Assembly (NCBI RefSeq): GCF_006345805.1
Contig: NC_043004.1
Coordinates: forward strand, 25,420,001 to 25,484,000
Direction: 5' to 3'
Source of the DNA: Octopus sinensis
Taxonomy: Eukaryota
DNA length: 64,000 bases
Within the stretch, counting starts at the first letter, position 1. Every line of letters starts with the position of its first letter. Of this stretch, positions 15,101 to 27,600 are shown piece by piece. The position numbers and the translations under genes were made by a program. The notes under the pieces were generated by a model. It was not told the origin of the DNA, ran no database searches, and saw only the letters and a program-made list of their open reading frames with translations.

Positions 15101-18100
15101 TTCAGCCACTTTGTCGATAGGACGTATTTTGTGCAGCCTGTCATCCTGGTTCTTGGCTGAGTTGAAATGTAGATTTTGAAGAAGCATCAAAAATCCATCA
15201 CCTGGCATCGTTTCCTGAAAGAAAGGTGTTGACATGGTTGGATCCCAATTCAAATATGACGCCAGGGTTAATTTCTTTATGATGCCCATCAGTATCGGCA
15301 AGGCAAGCAGAACTTTGGATTTTGTCGCTTGTGGTTGGAAACCAGTTACTGCCATGCCCAGGTCTGATATGCTGGGGATGGTTTTCAGCATAGTCATTCA
15401 TTTTGTCTGCTATATATTGGAACATTTCATCTGTCAAAAACTCGTGGAAGATTTCCAATGGCAAACTTCCATGTTCAAGGTTTGCCAGGTGTACCAGTAA
15501 ACTCATGCCATTGGACAAAATTGTCTCTCGCTCACCACAAGACATTCTCTTGTCCAAAGCCATTCACTGCTGCCCGCTGTACCTTTGATTCACTGGAATA
15601 TCATCATTGCTATTGGAATTATCTGATTCTGAACTAAGAAAATACTCACTCCCTGAGTTATCATCCAAGCCAGAAGAACTGGTGAGGTGATGGAGCTTGG
15701 TGTAGCTTGGCATGATGACTGTAAATTAGATGAAACAAGATGCAATGATGAAGTTGACGGCACCAGAGTGGTAGGATGCAACGACCATAAATTCAAGGAA
15801 ACAGGACATGATGACAAAGTTGACAGAGCAAGAGTGGCAAGACCAGCTTATCGGATTGTAAATATTTACATGAAACATCTAATCAGCCTGTTAGTTGGCT
15901 GGTGGACCAGTACTAACTCAGGCAATAGGTTCTAAGTCAGACAGTGTAAAATTATGTTGACTGATTTAAAGCATGTACATTGCAAGTGTAAATTTACAAC
16001 CATTTTAAAAGGGTTAATGACTCTGCTCTGGTGTATTTTCATAACATTTTGAAAAGCAGGAAAAAGTAGACTTTTCTTGATATGTTACTGACGAAATGAC
16101 CTGCAAGTGTGAAAAGTGAAGAAAGTTTATCCAAAAAGCTTGAATTAAGTGAAGTGAGGGAGAAAATCCCAAAAATTGTTCTTCTTGAAGTCTTAATGGA
16201 AGAAGATTGTCCTTCCAAACAATAATCCTCCTCCTCCTCCCCACTCCATCAACTTCTTTGCACACTAATCATCTCATCTTCAAGGTAATTAAATTAATAA
16301 AACCAGTTTATATATTTCTTTTGCATTCTCTTTTAGTATGTTTTTATAATTGTCATTTTCGTTGTAACTGCACCTTTTCTGTTTTAAAACCCATAAAAAA
16401 TTATTTTTGGGTGGTTTTGAGGGGCTGGAATGGATTAAATATAAAATTGTTTTGCAAAATGAGTAAATCGTAAAACAAATTAAACTCATACTGCAAGGTA
16501 TCACTGTATTTTCTTATGTACGTGAAACTTGAGTTACTGTTCAAATTTATAAAGTTACTGTATATGAAAATAACTCTGTGTGTGACTTTGTGTGTGTGTG
16601 TGTGTGTATCTATACATACACACACACACACACACATACAATCATCACCATCATCATCTATAGGAATTTAAAATTTTAATTACATGACAAATAACCAGTA
16701 TTTAGAACTGCACAAATACTTCCATATGTCTGAAGTAAAGCTTGTATTGTGTTCTAAGTGTCAATAGACCAAGTTTCATTTGGTTAAGTATTCTTCTGAT
16801 TAAAGTCACATAAATGCCAAAATGAACAGCTGATTGTTTGGCAATTTCCATAAATATTTTTTATTTATCTACTTTTATTTTCAGGTTCTGTTGAAGCCAA
16901 CACATGCTTTTCACCAAAAGATTCATCTCAATGAGTACATTCTTTCAAAACCAATTAATCTATACTTTTCTTTTAAAATAACTGATTAATTTTGATTCAA
17001 AGTCAATTTTTCACCTTACACACACTTTTTAACCTCACATATTTTGACCTAACATTTTTTAATGAATCAATTTTCAAATATCTGATCTCAAAGTATAGCT
17101 GAAGACTGGACCATCATTGCTTAAAAAAATGCATTCAGTTTGGTGGAGAACTGTCTCTACCCCTCCTACTTCCTTATAACCTCATTTCACCTTTTTTATT
17201 AATCTAATTTTTTCCCCTTTTTTTGTTACATTGTTTTGGTTTATTACTTTTCCTTTTTACCATTCCCCTTTCTCTACCCACCATTTTAATGTCTTTATTT
17301 TTCCAGATCAATCAACAAGATTCTCACAGTAGGACACCTCTATATATGGCATGTGAGGATGGATACCATAACTTAGTTGAATTGTTACTGAAGTCTAATG
17401 TTGATGTCAATATGGCTGATAAACATGGTAGAACACCTCTACATATGGCCTGTCGTGGTGGACACACAGAAATAGTACAAATGTTATTGCAGTTTAAAGC
17501 CAATGTCAATATGGTGGATGAGTATGGGAAAACACCTTTACATATGGCCTGTAGTGAAGGATACTCTGCCACAGTTTTAGTCTTATTGCAATTTAAATCT
17601 GACATTAATGTGGTAGATAACTGTTATAACACACCTTTACATATGGCCTGTCTTAGAGGACATCACAATACAGTAGAGGTGTTATTGCAGTCTAAAGCTG
17701 ATATTAATGTGGAGGATAGATATGGCAGAAGCCCTCTACATGTGGCCTGTTTTAGTGGACACTCTAGCACTGTAGAGGTGTTACTAAAATTTACAGCTGA
17801 TGTCAATATAAAAAATAAGTATAATAATACACCTCTACATTTGGCCTGTTATGGAAAACACTCTGGTATAGTAGAGATTTTATTGAAGTCTACAGCTGAT
17901 GTCAAAGTGGTGAATAACAAAGGTGATACACCGTTACATGTGGCCTGTGGTAATGGTGGAGATGCAGACACAGTGAAAATATTGTTGCAACATAAACCTG
18001 ATGTTAATTTGAAGAATAAATATAATAGCACACCTCTACATCTGGCAGTTCTACAGTAAGTTCAAGAACAGATCAAGAATCTTGACATCTGTTTCTTTTA

Positions 18101-18361
18101 TCTTTGGTTTTTCTGTTTCAAATAATATTTGTTTTCATTGAGTCGTTAATGTTGTCTCTCCACAGGTTATCAACGACTCATAACACTACTTCATTAAGTA
18201 ATTATCATCATCACCACCACTACCACCACCACTATCACAATCATCATCATCACCATCATCTTCATCATCACCTTTACCATCAGTGAGATTTGAGGAAATT
18301 TGCCACCAAACCTCAGGATAACACCTCTGCTAATTAAATTAGCATGTAATAGCTCTTTTAT

Positions 18362-18407
<46 letters not shown>

Positions 18408-18410
18408 GTA

Positions 18411-18466
<56 letters not shown>

Positions 18467-21400
18467 CAGAAAGGTTTATCATCGCAGCCCAAGATCAATG
18501 CTTACCTACAAGAAGCTACCAGGCCAACATATTAAAGAACGGTAGCTTCCCAACATGTGTATGTTGGGACAAAATGAAACCAATGAGCATGTTGTCTCCA
18601 TGTGCAGTCTTCTTGCGCCTACAGAGTATCTCAACAGGCATGATAGAGCTGCACAATATATTCACTGGGTAATTTGCAAAAACCTGGACCTCCCCCATGA
18701 TAAAAACTGGTGGGAACACAAACCACCGACAGTGCTTGAAAATGATCACATCTCACTCCTCTGGAACTTCACCATTCAAACTGACAGAAAGATAGATGCA
18801 AATAGGCCAGACATCATATTGAAAGACTTCAGACAAAAATCATGCCTCCTCATTGATATGACTGTCCTAATTGATATAAACATATCTGTCAAGACCTACC
18901 AAAAACTGAGCAAATATAAAGATCTTGAAATCGAAATTAGCAAAATGTGGAACCTGAAGACTAAAACAATACCTGTTGTCATAGGTGCCCTAGGAATGAT
19001 AGCAAAAGGGGTTGATTGCTACCTAGCTCAGATACCAGGAAACCCCAAAATGGCAGAAATTCAAAAGATAGTGCTCATGGGAACTGCCCATATCCTACAT
19101 AAAATAGTCTATGTAATTTCAAATTTTAAAACAAACACATAATTTTCTTATGGTTTCTTAAAGATTCTCTAAAACAACACTATGTACAAAGCCAAATATA
19201 TGGCACCCTAGGCATAACACTAACATGAACTTCTAACTTGTTGTCTCTTGAGGTCCCTGGGTGAGACTTGGAGCCAACTTGTACAAATGTAAAGCAAAAG
19301 TCAAACATAGAATAATAACAACAACAACAACAACAACAACAAAGAGTATAAATCAAGATATGACAGAGTTGGTCAATAGCTACATTGGATAATGTGTTGG
19401 CATTATAAAATCAAAACTGCTGACAAATGGTTCAGGCACCACCCTGAGGCTGTAACTGAGGGAGAAAATGTAACTATTCTTTGGGACTTCCCAGATGTAC
19501 AGACCAGACCATCAAAGCAAATAAACCAGATATTGTTGTGAAAGACTAAAACAATAAAGTCAGTTTATTGATTAACATAAGCGTACCCTGTGACCATAAT
19601 ATCTCAGCAAAAGAATTTGATAAACTCAGAAAATATAAAGATTTGCTAATCAAAATCGAGATGTGGCATCTCAAGATGGTTACAATACCAGTGGTTGTAG
19701 GAGCGCTTGGAATGATCAAAAAAAGAACTGAAAATTATTTAAGAATGATCCCTGGTTTACCATCCATGCAGGAAGTGCAAAAGATTGTCTTAACTAATAT
19801 GTCACATGTACTGAGAAGAGCATTGTTGCTGTGACTTTTCTTTCTTTTTTCCCTTTATTTTCTTTGTTTACTTTTTTTCTCTCTGCCTTTCTTCCCTTTC
19901 TTCTCTATCACATAAATTTGTAAATGAACAATCTGGTGAGTTTATTTTAATGGCCTACCAATGTATACAATGAGTTTCTCTGGTGTAGGTGTAAGGAAGA
20001 CAGTGTGTAATTTTGGTATTTCTATTTCCTTAAGAACCAGTGAGATATCCTTCAGACCTCCTTAACATGAATGACAAGGGGCTTATAGAAAGTATAAACA
20101 TCACAAAGAGGCTGTCTCCTTGGAATATGCCTTTGCAATACTGTATTCTATCAGTGATAATACAGTCACTCTTTGTGTTTAATTTCAAGATGGTGGCCCA
20201 CGATGAAGACAGGTCAGCTATGGCTTTGACTATGTTCACTGGAACTTTAGCAAGTTGAAGGGTTTCTAGCATCCATAAGTGGAGAATAGAGTCAAAGGCT
20301 TTCTTGTAGTCTAGCCATATTGAAACCAGATTCCTGCTACGCTGTCACACCTCTGACATCACAGTTTTGTTGATTAACAATTGCTCAGCACATCTCCAGA
20401 TTTATTTCTAGCTGCTTGTTCTGCTGTAATGATGGAATTGGTTTCACAATGGTCCTGGAGGAAGAAGTTTAAACATGCTGTATACATCTTATACATTAAG
20501 TTCTGGCATGCAACTGGCCAGCAGTTTTTTGCCATGTGGGTGGACCTGCATTTGGGGGTCAATTTTTTCTCTGCCAGAGCTAACCAGTGTGGTGTGCTAT
20601 TGTTCCTAATGAGAGCTTGCTGTATGTATGTATGTATGTATGTATGTATGTATGTATGTATGTATGTATGTATGTATTAATGCAACAGAAACAATTGTTG
20701 GCTTTATAATGTGAGAATCTATAATAAAGATGTAATTTTCTCTAGACGTATTTTTTGTTGTCAAATACTTTGAATTTCTCAAAATTCTGTGAAAGGATAT
20801 TTGGATTTATCTGTCATGCATAAGGATGCATCTGGCATCTATATTCTACTTACATTTACTGGTGTATGATTGTTGAACATTGATGACCAAATTCTTTTAA
20901 TACTCAATGCTTTATTGACATCGGCCAGAACTTTTTTCTTTCTTACATATATATATCATACTTCTGTTGTATCATATATACATTCCTATATAGTTCATGT
21001 GTGTATATATATTCATGTGTTGCTTAGATGTGTGTATTGAGGTCGTTATCGATGGAATTTGCTTTTATTCACTTATATTCATTGAAATCATTAAATTATA
21101 ACATTGTTATTAATTACCCCAATGTCTATGGTATTTGTATATTTTATTTTTACTTTTCTCTTTCTACTGTTTCAGGAACAATTATGATGTGGTGGCATTG
21201 ATACTATCCCAGGTTAGTGAACACATACACACACACACACACATATGTATATATGTGTGTATTGGTATGTGTGTATGTGTGTGTGTGTTGTTGTTGTTGT
21301 TGGTGGTGGTGGTAGTGGTGCTGCTGCTGTACACTACCAGAATTGGATACTTTGGTATATCTGTGTTGTGAGTTCAACTGTCAATAATATAATGGAATTA

Positions 21401-24400
21401 CTCCCCATTTGTAAAAATATTGACTTTGTTTCTAGTCAACAGGCTCTGCCATTTTTTATTGGTTTCAGTGTTAACCAATATTGTAGATATTGATACAACA
21501 GTCAATTCAATTTTGGTATTGGTTCAACTACTATCATTATTTAATTTAAGTAATATGAAAGTGATGTTGTGGTTATTTGACCATTAGCAACAATAGTGAA
21601 CTCAGGACAAAACTGCCATAAAATGGTTCCATCTGGAGGTCTTTGCTCTCCATAAAGCAGACTTTAGAGATTTATCATGTCTCTAACTCTCACCCATTGC
21701 AAGTTATAGGGGGACCTATGAAGGTTGACTTCACTGACAACATCATATGTACTTGATCAATTTAATCAATTACACTGGTCCACAAAATGAAACTTTTTTA
21801 ATCATCAGAGTTTCTGATTGACTTTTCTGGGTTAATTTTTGATGCTGATTACGAATCTGAAGTCTAGTTTCCTCTATCAGGTCACATTTTCATGTTAATG
21901 ATGCCTGCTGTTTTAACTTATAGGATACGTAAAGCATGTCTATATAAAGTATATTGAATACAAGATACAATAATTTCATGGTTTTTTATTGTACAAAATT
22001 TAAATCATTGTGTACAAATAAGTTAGAATGCACTAAAATGCATAACAACTTAAAATCTTTGGGATTTGGACTTTCTATGGTGTTTTGTCTCAGGTTCATC
22101 CCTGTATAACATCCAAGAGTAGTCAGCTAACATTACTGCATTCCAAAATCCTTGATATCATTGTTCTATTGATGCAATATCTTGATGAAAGCATTCCCCT
22201 TGCTCATCAGATACTGCTCCAAGTTTCTCTACAAAAGAGTCCAGATTTGAATCAAGGAAATGGACTTTTAGTGACATCCAACAGCCCAATGCAGCGTAAG
22301 AGTCTAGAAGACATTTCACTCCATTTCTAAACTCTAAAGATCTCTTGTTGCCTAGGAAATTTTCACAGAGCCATTTGAAGGATTCCCAGGCTTTAAGCTC
22401 AATTTCATCCAGTGCTATGAGGAAGTGGTTGTCCTTCAGGAGTTCTTTTATCTGTGGACCTATGAATATGCCCTCCTTCAGTTTCGCCTTGGTGATTTTT
22501 TGAAATTTGGCCTTCACATATTCAAAACCTTTTGAGCTTTTCCTGGTATCTTCACAAATTGTTTCATGAGGCCAAGCTTTATGTGAAGAGGGGGAAGAAG
22601 AACATTTTCTGGGTTTAAAAGTGGCTTATTCTGGATGCCAGAAACTCCCAGCTCATATGATTTTTGCAAAGGCCACTCTGATTGCACATAGTGCTTGTTA
22701 GTTGCCTGACTGTCCCACAGGCATAAAAAGCAACAATATTTCGTTAACCCAGATTGCATTCCCATCAACATTCCAATCACCTTCAAGTCTCCATATATTT
22801 TCCAGCCGTAGTTTGTATACTTTATGGCATTGAGGAGTACTTGCATGTTTTCATAACACTCCTTCATGTGCACTGAATGTCCTATGGGAATGGATGGTTC
22901 CTTATTGCTGTTGTGTAGTAGTACTGCCTTGAGGCCTCTCTTCGATGAATCAATGAATAAGCACCATTCAGCTGGAACATGCTCTTGGAGCAAACAGCGA
23001 AATAACTCATCAGTGTTATTACTGAAACGAAGTGGTCCATCAACAGAAAAGCATGAAGTCAGATACCTATTTCTCTTCCTGAAATGAGTAATACAAACAT
23101 CTTTCTTAAGCAGACACTTTTCTTATAGGCAAGATGCTAATAGGTCAGCTTTATCCTTCAACAATGACATGTCCCTAACTAAATCATTTAACTCTCCTTG
23201 AGAAAATGTCTGTGGTATGTCTTCATTTTCAATCGTGCAATCTGCATCCACTTCAGTGTTTTCCACAGCAGTAGTATTTTCTTCAGGAAATACATCTTCA
23301 TCAGACATCTAAAGGCCATTTTCTGGTGGTATTGGAATAGGAAGATCATCATCGTTGTGTGGTACTGGTCTTCTTGCTGATTCCAAGTTGGGATACACAA
23401 TCTTATGCTTGGTCTTTATAGTAAACCCACATATATTAACGTTGCAGAAATAACAGTTCATGAAATGATCCTTTGGCTCTCTCCATATCATAGGTATTGC
23501 AAACGGCATTGCTCTCTTCCTCTTATTTAGCAAATCATTTTAGTGCATTTGAACAAGCTGAGCAGATGATGTGCAAGGCCCAACTCTTATCTTGATCCTT
23601 GAGAGAGCAGCCAAAGTATAACTGGTAGATCTTCTTGATTTCACTTGTGATAGAACGTTGCTGAGCTTTGGTGGTAAATGAACCACAAACATGACAAAAT
23701 ATATCAGGACTGTTCTTGCAAAGCCTTGACATCCTGAGTAGAATTTGATGATGATGATGACTTGGCACCTTAAACAGAAGGTAAAATTTATGAAAAGGAA
23801 AGATTATGAAAACATAAAATTACAAAATTAATACAAATAGTTATAACACAGAAGTCAGAATTTACCTGTATAAGACGTTTACCAGTAGCGATACTGCTGA
23901 TGGGAGTTATACACCTCTCTTATCTCATCAGAAAACTGTGTCTGATAGAAGGAAACCGATTACATTTTTGAAATCTGCGGACAAAACTACATATAAAACA
24001 CCATATAATATCCCTGATGAGAATTGGCTATTGACTAGGTAATTACCCAGTAGAAGATAGTAATGACAAAACAATAGTCACCGTAAATTTTGTATTCATT
24101 TTCACAATTTTTCTTTTTAACTCTACACAGGACCAAATACAAATGGATATTAAGGACTGTTGCCAACAGACGCCATTTCTTCTATCTCTCTCTGAAGGCC
24201 ATCTTGGAATGGTTCATATGTTCGTATCAAAAGGGGCAGATGTCAATGCAGTTGATAAAGATGGTAATAACTGTCTTCATCATGTATTGAAAAGAAAGTT
24301 ATTTCACTCTGAAAGTGAAGAGATGGATGTCCTAAATGAGGTAAGTTTTAAAATCGTAAGAGAGAGAGGGAAAGAAACAGATGTTACTTGTCATGCCTCG

Positions 24401-24656
24401 CTTCACACCAATTAATCCCTTTGTCCATTACCATCAAGTAATCCAGTCTCTCCTAATAACTCTAGTTACATTATGTAATTCACAATATTCTTTCTTTCCA
24501 CCCTCAAAAACATGACTCCACTGTTAATGAAGGTAACCCATCCAGGATGCTGGTCATATAAACACAACCATCAGAGTGGTTTTGTTTATATGAGTGGGAA
24601 GAGACCTATTGAAAAGAGGAGGTATTCCAAAATAACAAAGATACAAGCTGAAGAAG

Positions 24657-24688
<32 letters not shown>

Positions 24689-27600
24689 CATGTTAGACAA
24701 CCTTTATAGTGCTGATGCCATAATAACGAAATTCAGTACATTCTACAAAGAATTTTGACTGAAGCAGTTCTCTATCACACTTCTTCTACCACATATCCCT
24801 ACCCTAACATCTCAACTACCTCACCAGACATTCCTCTTTGCTTTCTTGCTGCTACTGTTAATGAGATTGTTTAATGATGACTGTAGGTTAATCATACCAG
24901 ACACCATTGCTACTATGTGCAGTAGTATAAACATGATGCTGTATTAATAGTAATGTTCATACAGAATTATCAGATCTACAGTACTACATGATTCCTTGGC
25001 TGTGCTTTTATAACAGGTGACTTCAATATTCATGTTGGACAACAACAGGAGAGCTTCCAAAGTGTACATGATTGCTGTGGGTATGATGCAAAGAATGACA
25101 AGAGACCAGGGCTCCTGGAATCAGGCACGGCAAATGACTTATTTACAACACTAACTTCAGAACCAGCCAACCACCTAATCATCTGTGAATATTGTGAACA
25201 TAAAGCTAGATAGACTTCATTCTCACAAAAAACAGGATAGATATATGGTTGTGACTATATAGCGGCTGTCATTGGCTGTTCAAGTCTGTGTTGTTAAATG
25301 GAAAAACAGTTAGTATGAATCACCATAAGACATTTTTGTGTATAAATATATTGTTTATTCTGTGTCCACCTTTTCTGGTGGCAGCATGTAGTAAGATACA
25401 AAAACATATGTGTTTACATACAAAGAAAGTTTTGAATTTTGAAAGAAGTAACATATAATATTTGTATTATAGTATGTATGCGTGTGTGTAATGAGAACAA
25501 TCATTTTGAGAATGTGTGTGTACTAAAATATCTTTGTTTATGAACCATATATCGTGTGTTGAGGTAAATAGACATATGAGTCACAAGTGGGAGAAAAAAC
25601 TGAGAGAAAAACTGTGTCAGAGGAATCAGATATTTGTAAAATGGAAGACTGTGATGGCATGGACATATGCTATGAGTGGATGGTGCCTGGGAAAGAGTAA
25701 GATCTAGAAAGACATGAGATGAAGGGATAAAAACTGATATCAGAATGCTGAACCATTACAAAAGGGATGGCAAAGGATCACATTTTGTACAGGAGAAAAC
25801 CCACACTCTCAGGTAAGCATGGCAGAGAGTTAGAATGAAATCTCAGAGGGCTGATGTTCTAGGAAGGACTGGACATAGTAATTAATGTGAGGCCTAGGGA
25901 GTTGAACACAGTCTAGGATGTCTGTACATACAGCAGTACCATCCTAGGTATTAGAGCAATATCCCATTGTAGACTTCACCAGAGCTTTAACAGAGTATCA
26001 ATAATTGCTGGGGCCTGAAGTATTTTCTGGTCAGAATAGAATATTGCTATGTTAAAGATGTGCATTTCTCAGGTGAAATCCACAATGACAGTGAGCCCCC
26101 AAAACTGGAAGCTCTATCTAAGCACTGATCATGATTAATGGGTGATTCTTTTTTTGAAGAGAAAGTCCTGACCACAGAAGTGGGATTGAAGGGACTGTGG
26201 ACAAATCTACCTATGATCTCATCAAGCGGTTCTCAGTTTCTGGGGAAAAGAGAACTAGAGTTCTTAAGACACTAGGAGAAGCAGCTCAGCAGAGTTCCAG
26301 AACAAGGCGGAATGGAAGTGAGTTTCAGAAGACATAGTATAGCCTATGTTCAAATGGCATCTCACGCTGATCTGGTTATGACATCCAAGATATCTTGATT
26401 TTGGGATGCCTTAACCATCCAGGAAGTCATAATGCAGGCAACCTTTAACCTTGGTTGGTAATCTACCTAGGAGAAGGAAATCTCCAGAATAAAACCCGAG
26501 GCCTGGAAGTTCCTGGTTTTGTTAATTTTCATGTCACACCGGTGAAAGTCTTCTTGGGTCAATAGGTGAGGGTAGTGCAGTGCAAGCTACACCCACTGAA
26601 AATTATTCATCTGCACAGCTACTTCCTGTACTTCAAATCTTAGCAAAATCATTTAATTGGTTGGTTGGAAGAAACTTAAAAATGCACTTGTAACTTACTC
26701 TAAAATGTCTCAAACAAATTCAGTAAATGGCAAAAAAGGCTTGGGAATGTCAAGGGAACAGGTTTGGCTCAGCAGGTGTCCCAGTGCATCACAGGTTGGA
26801 CCCAGTCATCATCCTGCCACTGTGGTCAAACAATCTTCAAGAAAAAGTAAAAATAAACATCCTTTGAATTTTGGTTGTTGGAATGTGGGCACACTTCTTG
26901 ATGGTAATTTCAAGAAAAGGCCAGAAAGGCGTACTGCACTTATTGCGTGTAAGCTTAAGAAATATTCCCTTGGTATAGTTGCGCTCTCTGAAACTAGTCA
27001 CTCTGGTGAGGGTCAAGTAAATTAACCTATTTATGGATATACTAACTTTTGGAGAGGCCTACCTAAGGGTCAGCGTAGAGAGTCTGATGTTGGGTTTGCT
27101 TTCAAGAATACATTAGTATCTTTTATTGCAGAGCTTCCAAGTAGTATATCTGAGCGGATCATGTCATGCCATATTAAACTGGCAAAAAGTAGGTTTCTTA
27201 CTGTTGCCAGTATTTATGTACCAACAATATCCCATTCTGATGAAACTGTAGGACAGTTTGATAATGATGAAGCACAATTATTGGGGAAAGTACCAATTTA
27301 TGACAAGTCGGTCATATTGGGAGATTTCAATGCAAGAGTTGGAAAGGACTATGTTTCATGGTCTGTTTTAGGTCGACATGGGTTTGGAAAATGCAATAAA
27401 AAATGGAGTAGCTTTTTTGACGTTTTGTACTGAGAATAATTTAGTTGTCATTAACACTCTATTTAAGCAGAAAAATAAATATAAAACCGCCTGGATGCAC
27501 CCAAGATCTAAGCACTGGCATGTCATAGATTATATTCTGATCAGAAAATGTGATATGAAAGACATTTCTAGCGTTCGGGCCATGTGAGGGACAGAGAGCT

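Noticed and set aside
16885-16935. Possible extra exon (tttcag acceptor)
   Set aside because: No ankyrin similarity, weak donor, and exons B and C already join seamlessly.
18300-18545. Poly-Ile ORF
   Set aside because: It is the (AAT)n repeat.
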